A stretch of 64,000 nt of DNA from Candidatus Velthaea sp. (GTDB taxonomy: Bacteria > Vulcanimicrobiota > Vulcanimicrobiia > Vulcanimicrobiales > Vulcanimicrobiaceae). Below the pieces are notes generated by a model that did not search any database, was not told the DNA's origin, and saw only the letters and a list, made by a program, of their open reading frames with translations. Positions 10,226 to 23,319 of this stretch are shown here, piece after piece. The translations under genes and the position numbers were made by a program. The stretch covers positions 672,001 to 736,000 of the forward strand of contig CBDCCS010000022.1 in NCBI GenBank assembly GCA_965214935.1. Reading direction: 5' to 3'. The stretch's first letter is position 1. Every line of letters begins with the position of its first letter.

Positions 10226-11191
10226 TTAATTTGTCTTGATCGTCGCCGGGCCGGCAGCAAGGTCGTCCGGCGGGAGCAAGCCGATCGGCAGCTGTCCGCG
10301 CATGAACGCGGCGATCGCGCGCAGGTCGTTCGAGCGCGTTTCCGTGGCACGCCAGACAAGTGCGATCGTACGTCCCGCGCCGGCATCGTCAAGCTCGCGA
10401 TACGCAATCATCCCGTGCATCGTCGTATGTTCGGCGGCGGCCAGCAGCGGTAAGATTGCAATGCCTTCGCCGGCGGCAATCATGTGACGCAACATTTCAA
10501 GCGAACTGGCGTAACGGCTTTGGTTCGGCAAACGACGCTGATCGCAAAGCGCGAGCGTTTGATCGCGCAAACAATGACCGTCCTCCATGAGAAGCAGCGG
10601 GCCGCGCTCGAGATCGCACACACGGACCGGCCGGCTTTGCGCGAATGCATGATCGCTCGGACACGCCAACCGGAACGGCTCGAAAAACAACGGCACACCG
10701 ACCAGCCCGTCCATCGGCACGGGCGGTGCGACCAGGATCGCGTCGAGTTCGCCGTTACGCAAAGCGACCAATAACTCGCTCGTCGTTGCCTCACGTAGCC
10801 GCAAGGCGAGCCGTGGAAAACGCCGGCGCCCGAGCGCAATGACGGACGGCATGTAATACGGCCCGAGCGTCGCGATGACGCCCAGCCGCAATTCACCGGA
10901 AAGCGGCTCGGAGCTTCGCCGCGCATCTTCAAGTAAGCGGCGTGCGTCGCCGAGCAACGCCTCCGCATGTATGAGAATCGCTGCGCCGCGGACCGTCGGC
11001 TCGACTTTTCGCTTCGTCCGCTCGAACAGCGGCACGCCTAGAATTGATTCGAGCTTTCGCACCTGCTCGCTGAGCGCGGCTTGGCTAACGCCGCAGGCTT
11101 CGGCTGCCCGCCCGAAGTGGCGCTCGCGTGCGACGGCGACGGCATATTCAAGATCGCGAAGCGAAAGCGACGAGGGGGTAATCGGACGCAT
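10226..11191 (-). CDS. oxyR: Hydrogen peroxide-responsive LysR regulator OxyR
   Basis: LysR HTH (RHFGRAAEAC), GVIATLGPY, EDGHCLRDQTLALC with both redox Cys; divergent from katG. Confidence 0.9.
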   Translation of the reverse strand: MRPITPSSLSLRDLEYAVAVARERHFGRAAEACGVSQAALSEQVRKLESILGVPLFERTKRKVEPTVRGAAILIHAEALLGDARRLLEDARRSSEPLSGELRLGVIATLGPYYMPSVIALGRRRFPRLALRLREATTSELLVALRNGELDAILVAPPVPMDGLVGVPLFFEPFRLACPSDHAFAQSRPVRVCDLERGPLLLMEDGHCLRDQTLALCDQRRLPNQSRYASSLEMLRHMIAAGEGIAILPLLAAAEHTTMHGMIAYRELDDAGAGRTIALVWRATETRSNDLRAIAAFMRGQLPIGLLPPDDLAAGPATIKTN

Positions 11192-11203
11192 CGATCGGCA
11201 TTA

Positions 11204-11240
11204 ATCGGATAAACCTTAAGAAACCTTTAGATAAATCGAT
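11204..11240. promoter_or_regulatory. Putative OxyR operator
   Basis: ATCG-N7-CTTA-N7-TTTA-N7-CGAT, the 37-bp four-tetramer spacing of OxyR sites, between oxyR and katG. Confidence 0.5.
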
Positions 11241-11324
11241 TTCACATGCTGAGCGAAACGTGCTAACGTGACGCAATATCCCTACGAACGCAGCGATCAG
11301 CCGTAGTGACGATCGGAGAAATGA

Positions 11325-13559
<2,235 letters not shown>

Positions 13560-13570
13560 TACCGGTTGCA

Positions 13571-13606
13571 GCGCCGGCGCGGCTCTATTGAGAGCCGCGC
13601 CGGCGC
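13571..13606. terminator. 16-bp perfect hairpin after katG
   Basis: gcgccggcgcggctct-attg-agagccgcgccggcgc. Confidence 0.6.
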
Positions 13607-13714
13607 GTACGGACCGATCCTGCTTCAACGCGTAGCTTGTCACGACGAGCGCGCGTTTTTTTTTCCCTTGAGTCACACCCCGGACGCACAACGAATGACG
13701 GGTTTCGGCACGTG

Positions 13715-13740
13715 GAGCTAACTGTACGAGCTAACTGTAC
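13715..13740. repeat. 13-bp tandem duplication
   Basis: gagctaactgtac x2. Confidence 0.8.
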
Positions 13741-13895
13741 GGCCGTGCGTGTTCGGGCGCTCGCGCCTGAGCGATGATACGCGCACCGACTCGACCGGAT
13801 CGACTCGGTGCAACGAGCGTCTCAGCGGCTGCAACGTGCAAACGCTGCAGGTGAGTCGTCCGCTGCCACTAGCGTACAACACAAGGAATGCGTCC

Positions 13896-15197
13896 ATGAT
13901 ACTCGACCTCGAATCGATCGCTCACTCACGGGTGAAGATTGCGGCCGCCGCTGCGGCCGGAACGTTTGCCGCGGTCGCCATTTGTGCGACGCATCCGGTT
14001 GCCTATGCGGCCGCACTCGTAACGGTGCAAAGCGTCGTGACGTGCGTGACGACGACGGCCTGCGTCGCCGGAACGAACGGTAGTTCCGGGCCGGGTGTTG
14101 CCGGTACGAGTAAGACCGGACTCGGCACGACCGGTACGAGCACGAGCGGCGTCGGTGTGTACGGGTTGAGTGCCTCGAGCAACGGCGTCGGCGGCACATC
14201 AACGTCGGGCTACGGTGTATCGGGTTACAGCAGCAATAGCTTCGGCGTGCAGGGCACAAGCCCGGGCAATGCCGGCGTCGTCGGAATCTCGTCAACCAAC
14301 ACCGGCATCATCGCGAAGACGACGAGCGGCGGTGAAGGCTTGTACGCCTATACGCTCGGCAGCGGCGACGGCGCCGTCGGAGCAGCCTCGAGCGGCATCG
14401 GTGTTTTGGGCGAAGCCGGCTCCGGCGACGGCGTCTGGGGTTCGGCTAACGGCAGCGGTGTCGGGACGGGCGGCACATCAAGCTCCGGCTACGGTGTGTA
14501 CGCCAGTTCGTCGTACGGCACTGCGCTTCGAGCGTACTCCGGCCAGGGCGTCGGCGTACGCTCGGATATCGCCGGCAACGGCTTCTCGATCGTCGGCACG
14601 AGTCTCAACGGGCAAGGCGCCGGCGCTGATTTTGAAGGCGGCCGCTACGGTATCGTCGGTCGCGCGGAATCAACGGGCTTTCCGCTCGTTCTTACCGATA
14701 GTAATTACAATAACGTCTTTTATGTTTCCGGTACCGGCGATGTGTTTTACCAAGGCAATTTGCAGCCGTTTCTGCGCACGAATAGCGGCGCGACGGTGGG
14801 ATCGTATACAGCAAAATTAACCCAACCGACGGTCGAAGACACCGGAAGCGCGCAGCTCAGCGGCGGCGCGGCAACGGTCATGCTCGACCCGACGTTCTCC
14901 GCCACCATCGATAGAACCGCGCCATATCGGGTCTTTCTCACACCCGACGGCGATACGCGCGGCTTATTCATAGCGGTTAAAACGACACGCGGATTTCTCG
15001 TGCGCGAAGCGCAAGGCGGTCGCTCGAATCTCGCTTTCGATTACCGTATCGTCGCGACCGGCATCGGGCAAACCGGTAAACGCATGGGCGTCGCAAGTGC
15101 CGTCGCGATGCCGCGTACGCCGGTTCCGGCGGCAGCAACCGTTAGCGAGCCGAAGCATCCGAATGATACGACGCTGCGAAATCCGGTCGGACGCTAA
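13896..15197 (+). CDS. Secreted Gly/Ser-rich repeat protein with a globular C-terminal domain
   Basis: Signal-like N-terminus; ~11-aa GxGVxGxSxS repeats; C-terminal EDTGSAQL...YRVFLTP...FDYRIVA domain. Confidence 0.75.
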   Translation: MILDLESIAHSRVKIAAAAAAGTFAAVAICATHPVAYAAALVTVQSVVTCVTTTACVAGTNGSSGPGVAGTSKTGLGTTGTSTSGVGVYGLSASSNGVGGTSTSGYGVSGYSSNSFGVQGTSPGNAGVVGISSTNTGIIAKTTSGGEGLYAYTLGSGDGAVGAASSGIGVLGEAGSGDGVWGSANGSGVGTGGTSSSGYGVYASSSYGTALRAYSGQGVGVRSDIAGNGFSIVGTSLNGQGAGADFEGGRYGIVGRAESTGFPLVLTDSNYNNVFYVSGTGDVFYQGNLQPFLRTNSGATVGSYTAKLTQPTVEDTGSAQLSGGAATVMLDPTFSATIDRTAPYRVFLTPDGDTRGLFIAVKTTRGFLVREAQGGRSNLAFDYRIVATGIGQTGKRMGVASAVAMPRTPVPAAATVSEPKHPNDTTLRNPVGR

Positions 15198-15213
15198 GCT
15201 CGCCCGACCGGCG
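15180..15213. repeat. 34-bp hairpin-forming repeat, copy 1
   Basis: aatccggtcggacgctaagctcgcccgaccggcg, identical to 27077-27110. Confidence 0.9.
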
Positions 15214-16320
15214 TTAGTACGTAGGTCACGCGCTTTACACTCGTCGAACGCGCTCAAAGAACTCGGTATAGCTTCGTTCGCTGCTGCCTCTTCGACAATA
15301 TTAAAACGTGGTTTGTTAGTGTTCCAAGTGGAAGCCGCCGGCACAAGTCTGCACTACGATCGGTTTTCATTCCAGCCACACGCGAACCTCGCGATTCGCC
15401 GCGCGACGTCAACGAGTTCGTTTTGCGATGTTGCAGAATGGCTATACTCGAAACGGCGCACAAATCTTTTACCGTAGAGCCGTAATGCGTGGCTAAGTCG
15501 ATTAGGGATTGTACCGGTTTTGTCTATGAGCACCCACATGCTGCAGTAGCAAGTGCGCGCGTCGAGTTGCCTTGTAGTGATAAGCGTGATTTGTTGCTTA
15601 CGATGACGCGAGATCGTTGCGTCAAAAAAATTTAGAACGGTGCATGCAGCACGCATTCAAATCTCGACTGAAAGATCGTTCAACACTTGCTCGACCGCTC
15701 GTCGTCCGGTGCGCTCTCGCTTGCGATCAGCTGCAAGAGCGCGTGCGCTTTTCCCAGCGCAGCTACGTGCTCGACCTTTGCAATCGCCGTTGTAGGCATT
15801 CATTCGCTTTGCGGAGCCGGATGATTTCGGCAGCTCGCGGGTTCGCCGGCCGACGTCGTTCATTTGCGGCTTAGCTATAAACGCCGGATCTGCGCATATT
15901 GCTGCACGCTCGAGGGGCGTATAGGCTGCTTCGTAGTCGAACAGGATCCGAGCTTATCGGCGGCGTTAAACGCTCGAAGCTTAGCCTGCGGGCGGACTTC
16001 GGTCGACATGGGTGATCCTTGATCGCCCTCACTTATTTATCCGGCTAGCCGGTCTCATTCAGTATAGACATTAAAGCGATTGCCATTGGTCAGCACTCTC
16101 CGTAAACGACCCACCATTAAATTGGATCGTTACAAACCGCAGTAATCGTCGACTAATCGGGATACTTAGCGTTAGGCTTTTTCCGGCAATTCTGTCGTAA
16201 GTAGTGAAACCGCGGCGACCGCCGCCTTGCAACTCACTTAGCGTAACGCGTGGCGGCGGTCCAACAGAAATTCACTACTTATTGACTGAAATACGGCGCC
16301 GCACTAAGTGCGGCGCTATC

Positions 16321-17556
16321 TTACAATTGGCCAGGAGGTTGAGGAATGACTGGACCGACCGGTCGAGTTTCCGTAAACGCAAGAGCGGGGCAATTGATGA
16401 CGATATTTTCCGGCGCGAGCGGCAGTACGCCCCCGGGAGACGTCACGATTTTGCGCACGGAGAGTTCACGGAACTCGTTGGCATCGGTCACTGCCCCGTT
16501 TGCCCCGGCCGCAACCGCGGTAGGGGTGAACACGCCGATTTGCAGATCCCACAGGGGACTGTACCCGAGCGCTTGTGCGCGATCGGCAACGGGCCACTCG
16601 TCCAGAATGTTGTGAGCATCGCCGCCCTTTAGCAGCGCCTCGCTAACGATGCCGTCGCGGAGATTAGCATCGATGGTGCCCGCGCCGCTTACGATGACGT
16701 GAGCGAGACCCTGTCCCGGGGGGCTCGGGTTTTGAAGCTTACCGTTTGCCGACGCGAAGATTTCAGCTCGCGCGGATTGCTGGGGATAACCTCCGCCGCC
16801 GGGAAACTGTGAAAAACCTAAAGCCGGCACGTAAGTCGACCGTTCGATCGTTGCAGTAGCCGGTTCGGACGCTTCGGAACTTAAATACAAAATCGGCTTT
16901 CCAAAGACAAACCCACGAATAAACAGCAAGTCGACGGTCATCTTGTTGGTATCGATCGCGAGGGTGCGATCTGACGTATTGGTATGAGTTGTTACGTCGA
17001 ACGGAGCGTTGCCCGTAGCGACGATCGTCGCATTGTACACGATGTCGCTTCCTGCGACGCGTACGAATGGACTGTAGTGCAGATCGGCTACGGCACCCGG
17101 CTGTGTATACGCGGGCGGGAACGCTGTCGGCCCCGGCCCGAGAAGCCGCATCGGTCGGAAATCGGGAATGCCGGCGAACTCAACGTTCGGAATCTTATAA
17201 GCGCCGACGTTCGTACCGGTGGCGTGCGAGAAGGTTACGGTTTGCACGCAACCCGGACAACCGTTGGAAAGCGTCGCAAGTCTCGGTGAGAAATTCACAC
17301 CTAAGGTGCGCGCGACGCCCTCGCTGGACGCATCGGTTATGACGTAGTACACCGGCTCACCGCGAAAACTGCCTCGATGAAGCGGCAGGGTAGCCGTTCC
17401 TTTGGTGAGATTGATGCGCAACGTACTCGTTAGAGTAAATTTCGATCTCGGTAAGAATTGATCGCCGTAGCTTGTCTGTGTCGCGGCGGCTCCTGCGATC
17501 GGCACGGCAAAGAGTGTTGACGCCAGCAAGATCGCGGCGCTCGATTCAATATTCAA
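16321..17556 (-). CDS. Secreted protein of unknown function with YSPLW and INCP motifs (paralog 1)
   Basis: Signal peptide; YVITDAS, CPGC, YSPF, YLSSEAS, YSPLWD, INCP; colinear with 19286-20554; start approximate. Confidence 0.75.
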   Translation of the reverse strand: MNIESSAAILLASTLFAVPIAGAAATQTSYGDQFLPRSKFTLTSTLRINLTKGTATLPLHRGSFRGEPVYYVITDASSEGVARTLGVNFSPRLATLSNGCPGCVQTVTFSHATGTNVGAYKIPNVEFAGIPDFRPMRLLGPGPTAFPPAYTQPGAVADLHYSPFVRVAGSDIVYNATIVATGNAPFDVTTHTNTSDRTLAIDTNKMTVDLLFIRGFVFGKPILYLSSEASEPATATIERSTYVPALGFSQFPGGGGYPQQSARAEIFASANGKLQNPSPPGQGLAHVIVSGAGTIDANLRDGIVSEALLKGGDAHNILDEWPVADRAQALGYSPLWDLQIGVFTPTAVAAGANGAVTDANEFRELSVRKIVTSPGGVLPLAPENIVINCPALAFTETRPVGPVIPQPPGQL

Positions 17557-18169
17557 GGGCTTTTCTTTCTTCGTGCAATTAAGCCGACAATAGAACTTTG
17601 GTGAATCGCGGAGTCGCTCGAAAAGGAGGGACAGATTTGCATCAGACCGTTTATGATCTGCGGAGCGTAGCGTCGGCTTTGATTTGCACGTTGTCGCGAT
17701 TTGAGGCTTCAACATGTTCATACGCACTCTTCATTTCCATGCGCCCGACGTTTCGTATGCGTCTTATCAACCATCATAATATTCTTCGTCTTCGCATTCA
17801 CACAACGAGGAGGTCGTCCGCGCGCATTTGGCACGATCGCTTAACCATGCATGCTATCCATTGCAAAGACCGGCAAGCCTGAAATGACGACGGTAGCAAC
17901 GAACGTGAGCGGGACGGTCGATCGGTTCATGTAAACCCGAACAAAACGACGCGCTCGACGGCTCGCCCGATCTGATTTAACGATTGCATCATATATTAGC
18001 CAACAGTTAGGACGCGGTAAGCTAGCTTACAGCGGTGCTCATGTCGCATAGGCCGTGCAAGGGCCAGCGCAAATCTTAATATAAACGGGCCAGTTTTACT
18101 GCAAGTTCGGCGGTGCAAAGATGTTCTCTCGCTCTGAAAAAGCGGATGGTGACTTGTCGATTTCTGTAG

Positions 18170-18330
18170 GCCGAATTAGCATAGGCGGCAGGCTCGATCT
18201 GCAACGGTGCGGGTCGTCCTTCAACCGCTCCGAATGCGCCGCGTAGGCTGCATTAAGTGCTGCCTGACGGCGCGCCGTCTCCACTTTGACGTGACTATGA
18301 TCAATGCCGGAGGGAATAAGTAGCCGGATA
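18170..18330 (-). pseudogene. Relic of an IS3-type transposase C-terminus
   Basis: RRQAALNAAYAAHSERL...SLPPMLIRP resembles the AAYAxHPERF...LP...WINPP tail of IS3-family OrfB. Confidence 0.45.
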
Positions 18331-18419
18331 CTACGGTACTGACGCTCGTTACGTCGAGTGGCGCAAGGAATATATGATTCGCTGCGTGGATCGAGCCGGG
18401 CGTTCAGCGAATCTGCTGA

Positions 18420-18870
18420 GGTGCAAACTATATCGGAATCACAGCGTCGATTCACGCTTCCTATGTTAGACCATATACAGCGGGTACAATCACAGGCGCA
18501 GTAGCGCCTCGGTAAGCGTCGGCGGCGCTTGCTTGCGGCGAGGTCACGCGCTTCCCGTTCGCGGCCTGTTGGGGCATCAAGCGAATCGTTGGAAATCCCG
18601 CGATGTCGTACGTCGCCGATGTAGGCAAACGAAAATGTGCGGACGCCATTGATCTTGATGATGCGGTAAGCCGCGACCGTCACAGCGATTCCGCCGGCGA
18701 ACAGCACGGCCGAGAGCGGATAGCCGAGGTTCGACGCGTTCGCCGATCACATCGCCCGCTAAACTTCCCAATGCGAACGTGCACAGGATCGCTGCCCAAC
18801 AGAATCCTTCGCGTTTGATCGTGTGGATATCGCGCACGGAAAGTTCCGCCCGCTCACGCACCTGATCGTG
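18420..18870 (-). pseudogene. Frameshifted COG4705/DUF347-like membrane protein remnant
   Basis: ELSVRDIHTIKREGFCWAAILCTFALGSLAGD, then LFAGGIAVTVAAY...FAYI in another frame. Confidence 0.55.
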
Positions 18871-19285
18871 AAGATGACGAGCAGAGCAACGGTTCAGTAA
18901 CAATTGCTTGGTCGCCGTTTGAAAAAAAAACGCTCCGGATGCGCGCATACGCAGTATCGTATACGACTTGCCATCGTTGCGCTTTTCTTCAACGTGACTG
19001 ATTTGGACGGTGCACCTTACGATGGAAGCGGCAACTGGTTCACGGTACCAAATTTGGCCGAACATTATCGCAAATCCCGGATTTCGTGCCGCGCCACCCG
19101 AGCGACGTTATTACAGGTAAGCGACGGTGAGCTAAAGTGGTCGTTTACAGAACGCTTTCGCAGCCGCCGACATTTTGTTTAGCTCACAATGGCAGGGCAA
19201 GAGCCTCACGTTTTATTCCCCTCTAAAGCCTCGATTGCCGGGCTCGTTGCGCCTCCGGCAACCTACTTCAACCGCAATTCAAGCG

Positions 19286-20554
19286 TCAGGGGATTTGTTG
19301 ATAATCGGTGTCCGTCGTGTCTTTGAGCGGCGCCTCCTCGAGATATGCTACGGGCGCGCAATTGATCACGAAACCAGCGGAGCCAAACTTCATGCCCATG
19401 GGTCCCGTCATCAGGCCAGCTTTTACCACGGCGAGCATTTGGTTTTCATCGTTTAGTTGCCGTACTTTGCCTTGCGCGATAGCTTGCGGAGTCCATTCTC
19501 CGACCTGAGCATCCCACAGCGGGCTATAAGAAAACTCATGCCGCGGCTGCGCGCGCAACGGGAAGTCACCTTGAATATTGTTTGACGTACGAATGTCGGC
19601 AGTGTTCGCGGGCGTAATATCCTGAGCCAGATTGCCATCGAGCGACGCGTAAATGAAGCCTTGTGCTTGACCGTCGGATGCATTTTGATCGTACGCGCGT
19701 GCCTGCGCTTTTCGCGGGCCGTTTGCTACGGCAAAAATACGTTCACGTGCCGATCCGGCGAAGTCGTCACCGCCGACGTATGGTGCGTTCGCAAGGAGCG
19801 GGACGTACGTTGCCCTCTCGAGCGTTGCGGCCATTGCATCCGATGCTTCGGTACTGAGATAGAGAATTGGCTGTCCCGAATCGAAACCGTGCGACAAGAC
19901 CATCGTCACTTCCGGCCCGTCGGCATCATAATCAGGCGTCGAATCGAGGGCGACGACATGATCTTGCGTGTTGGTATGATGAACGAAGTCAAACGGCCCA
20001 TCTCCAACCGCCACGATTGGCGCGTTGTAGATCACGTCGGATCCGGTAATCCGAATGAAAGGGGAGTAATTGCTATCACCCACCGCCCCGGGTTGAAATT
20101 TCGCCGGCGGAAAACCTGTCGCGCCCGAATTCCAGATTCGCTCGGGCGAAAAGTCGGGAGCGCCCGCAAAATCGACGATGGCTGGAGCAAATTTGCTGTC
20201 TTTTGCAACGGGTTCCAGCGAAACGGTCTGCACACATTTGGGGCAACCGATCGCCATATTTCGCAGCTTCGGGGAATACATAATGTTAAGGTCGCGCGCA
20301 ATGCCTAAGTCAGACGCGTCCGTCATGATAAACCAGACCGTTTGGCCGTTGTGCTTTCCCTTATGAAGTTGCAAAACGGCGGTTTGCTTGACCGGATCAA
20401 CATTTCGCGCCGATTCGAGTGAGAGATGGTCCTTCGGAAGGAACGTCGGGCCCGCATCGACGCGTGAATGGTGGTCAATTGCGACAGCCGCTGTAACCAC
20501 TACCGCGGTAATCCCAGCGAATATAAGCTTGTTATATAAGTGATTTGTTCTCAT
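19286..20554 (-). CDS. Secreted protein of unknown function with YSPLW and INC motifs (paralog 2)
   Basis: N-terminal TM/signal; FIMTDAS, CPKC, YSPF, YLSTEAS, YSPLWD, VINCAP. Confidence 0.8.
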   Translation of the reverse strand: MRTNHLYNKLIFAGITAVVVTAAVAIDHHSRVDAGPTFLPKDHLSLESARNVDPVKQTAVLQLHKGKHNGQTVWFIMTDASDLGIARDLNIMYSPKLRNMAIGCPKCVQTVSLEPVAKDSKFAPAIVDFAGAPDFSPERIWNSGATGFPPAKFQPGAVGDSNYSPFIRITGSDVIYNAPIVAVGDGPFDFVHHTNTQDHVVALDSTPDYDADGPEVTMVLSHGFDSGQPILYLSTEASDAMAATLERATYVPLLANAPYVGGDDFAGSARERIFAVANGPRKAQARAYDQNASDGQAQGFIYASLDGNLAQDITPANTADIRTSNNIQGDFPLRAQPRHEFSYSPLWDAQVGEWTPQAIAQGKVRQLNDENQMLAVVKAGLMTGPMGMKFGSAGFVINCAPVAYLEEAPLKDTTDTDYQQIP

Positions 20555-20713
20555 AGTGACGACACTATAATAGAATTAGTCAACTGCGTGTAAGCTAGGC
20601 GACGTTATGCGCGTTTTCGCAGCCGACGTTCAGCCGAGGTGGTAACTGCAAGGGGAAAATCACGGCGTTCCACGCCGCTAAGCGTGGAACGCTTGCAGCG
20701 CGTAGCCGGATCG

Positions 20714-21016
20714 CTACATTTTAGATCCCATCTTCATGGCGCCCATCGCCTTAGCGTCGGACATGCACATCATCTTCATATGATTCTTCATCATCATGGC
20801 GTGCATCTTGGAGTCTGACATTCCCGCCATTTTCATCTTCATCTGATCGTGGGTCATATATTGTTTGTGCATTGTGTTGACACCCACGACTGGATCGCCC
20901 GCAGCGCACGTGGGCTTCATCATCATTGAGCTATGCATACTGTCCATAGCGCTAACCGCGCTGAAAGGCAACATTGCCAGAGCGGCCACGAAACCAGCAA
21001 CCGTCAAACATCTCAT
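20714..21016 (-). CDS. Small secreted methionine-rich protein
   Basis: Signal peptide ending AVSA; 25 Met in 100 aa; AAGGA RBS. Confidence 0.8.
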   Translation of the reverse strand: MRCLTVAGFVAALAMLPFSAVSAMDSMHSSMMMKPTCAAGDPVVGVNTMHKQYMTHDQMKMKMAGMSDSKMHAMMMKNHMKMMCMSDAKAMGAMKMGSKM

Positions 21017-21188
21017 AAAATTTTCCTTATAATTCCGGCACCAAGGGCGTTGCGCAGCCCACAAGCGCCATGGGATAGGTGAAAAAAAACCGACAGTCTG
21101 CCAGGGGCGTTATGACGGCTTGGTATCTAGGGTACAGCAAAATTAGGCCCGGTGTCTGTATGATTGCCTACAAGTCGCGCCACGGCTC

Positions 21189-22157
21189 TCACTTTTCCCG
21201 TAGCTTGCGCGCAGCTACGGACGTCAGTGGCTTTGGCTCGGCCAGCGCGGAATCGCAAAGCGCCCCTTCAATAACAAGCCTACATCGATAGGGTCTGCGA
21301 TCGGCGATAGAATAGTAAAGCCAAACGTCGCCGGCCGGATCGATTATTGCAGAAGCCGCGAAGGCAATATCGGTTTCTCCTGGTTCGAGTCCAGACGGAC
21401 TAACCAAAGGTACTGCTGGTCGCTCGAGGACAGCCGTTCCTGCGCAGTTCAAGAGCACATAATTGACCCGCCACGCCGTTTCTTTGGATGAACCGTTATA
21501 AAACAAAACGTGTGTGCCGTCAGTGCGGCGGATCGCCGACGACGGACTAAGATGCCACGAGTCAAATTCTCCGACGCGCTGTTTGATCGGAGAGTTAGCA
21601 TACACCCATGGGCCAGCAAGCGTTGGCGCATCCGCGGCACCAATGTGTGACGCTCCGTCGCGGGCATATTCGAAGAACATCCGGTAACCGGTTGTGGTAA
21701 GGATCAGGGCAGCCTCTTTCGGGTTCGCGTAAGCCGAGCTATACGGTAAGACTTGCCCTGTCTTAAGAAGCGCCGCGAGCGATTGTCCGGTCGCCGAAAG
21801 CATCGACGATTGATTGGTCTGAGCGCTATAACCGGAATAAAAAACGCGAAAGAGCGTTTCCTCGCGAACAACGGTCGGATCTTCGCAGCCTGCACCATCG
21901 GGATCAGCCGCACTACCGGGACCGATCGTCTCCGATCCCACAGCGAAGGTCAAGCCATCATCGCTCGTGGCATAGTGTATCCGTGACACTTTTTTCGACG
22001 GATTAGCATTCTGATTCACAAGCCGTAAGAGCATCTCGTATTTTCTCGGCCCAAACGTGACGAACGGACTAAGTACGAAGAAGTCTTGAAGATTTGCAGG
22101 AAGCTGCAACGAGAGCAATTCGGGCTCACCGCTGACTTCTATCGGTTGCATGGTCAC
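21189..22157 (-). CDS. Five-bladed beta-propeller glycoside hydrolase/phosphorylase-like protein (GH130/GH43-like)
   Basis: IHYATSDDG, GCEDPTV, NPKEA and WLYYSIAD motifs. Confidence 0.65.
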   Translation of the reverse strand: MTMQPIEVSGEPELLSLQLPANLQDFFVLSPFVTFGPRKYEMLLRLVNQNANPSKKVSRIHYATSDDGLTFAVGSETIGPGSAADPDGAGCEDPTVVREETLFRVFYSGYSAQTNQSSMLSATGQSLAALLKTGQVLPYSSAYANPKEAALILTTTGYRMFFEYARDGASHIGAADAPTLAGPWVYANSPIKQRVGEFDSWHLSPSSAIRRTDGTHVLFYNGSSKETAWRVNYVLLNCAGTAVLERPAVPLVSPSGLEPGETDIAFAASAIIDPAGDVWLYYSIADRRPYRCRLVIEGALCDSALAEPKPLTSVAARKLREK

Positions 22158-22942
22158 GCGCCCTGGCCCGTGTTCTGCATAAGGCCACCGTCCATGACAT
22201 ACGTCGATCCGGTTACATAGTCTGCCGCAGGCGATGCCAAAAATAGTGCGAGTTCCGCAACCTCTTCGGGTCGACCGGCTCGCTTTAGCGGAATCGTTTC
22301 TTCGTCCGACTTGAGTTTCGCTGGATCATCAATATCTGCTTGGTTCATTGGCGTCAGGATCATGCCGGGCGCTATCGCGTTGATTGTAATCTTTTGCGGT
22401 GCTAGTTCGAGCGCTAAGGCGCGCATCAGATTGCGCAAGCCACCCTTACTGGCGCAATATTCAGCCGCACCGGCGCGCGGGATCTCTTCGTGCACAGAAC
22501 TAATATTTATTATCTTCGCACCAGCACCGTTCGCTGCAAGGCCCCGCAAGAATGCTCGGATGCACAGGAACGGGCCGGTGAGGTTGGTTCGGATCGCAGC
22601 ATCCCACTCAGCCAACGTCATGTCAGTAACATTTTTGCCAAGTGCGTCAACGCCAGCGTCATTGACCAGAATGGTCGGCATCCCGACAGCACGGCGAGCT
22701 TCCTCAAAGGCAGCATCGACGGAAATCTCATCGCCGACGTCCGAAATTACGACGTGGCCTCGATTACCCGTAATCGAGACCTTCTCGAGAGTGCCGCGAA
22801 CGCGGTCGTCATCTGTATGCGCACCTAAAATGATGCGCGCACCTGCCTGCGCGAATCTCACCGCGATGGCTGCGCCGATGCCCGATGCGGCACCAGTAAC
22901 AAAGACAACCTTCTCGTCGAGGACGGCGTTTTGATCTTTCAC
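22154..22942 (-). CDS. SDR oxidoreductase, glucose 1-dehydrogenase-like
   Basis: TGAASGIG, NISSVHE, YCASK and PGMILTPMN motifs. Confidence 0.9.
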   Translation of the reverse strand: MKDQNAVLDEKVVFVTGAASGIGAAIAVRFAQAGARIILGAHTDDDRVRGTLEKVSITGNRGHVVISDVGDEISVDAAFEEARRAVGMPTILVNDAGVDALGKNVTDMTLAEWDAAIRTNLTGPFLCIRAFLRGLAANGAGAKIINISSVHEEIPRAGAAEYCASKGGLRNLMRALALELAPQKITINAIAPGMILTPMNQADIDDPAKLKSDEETIPLKRAGRPEEVAELALFLASPAADYVTGSTYVMDGGLMQNTGQGA

Positions 22943-23319
22943 AAACCGTGTGCTTTCTGAAGCCGGCTACAACATAGCGTTAGCCAGCGATGTAGATATT
23001 AATGCTACTTGCCCGTTCCGCCTCATACTTCTGGAGTTCGAGCATACCGATCCACCCGAGCACCAGAACAAGACCGTAGCGCAACGCGGCCGCGTCGGCG
23101 CTATCTCCAAACGTCGCGCTATCGTCTGCGCGTTAAGTGGCATGATCTTACCATCAAGCTACTCAGCAAGACGTAAGGCAACTTACGGTATTCGCCACTT
23201 CGTGAAGCGAGCAGTACGATATCAGGTCAGAAATGCGAAACGCCCCGAACAACACGCTCGTAAGCGGCAGAAGTCGACCATGTAAAAAATCTTCACTGCT
23301 CGACCATTGTCCGAAAGTC

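Noticed and set aside
15214..16200. Short ORFs in this region and in 44240-44700 and 46540-47350
   Set aside because: No motifs, RBS or coherent frame; left unannotated.
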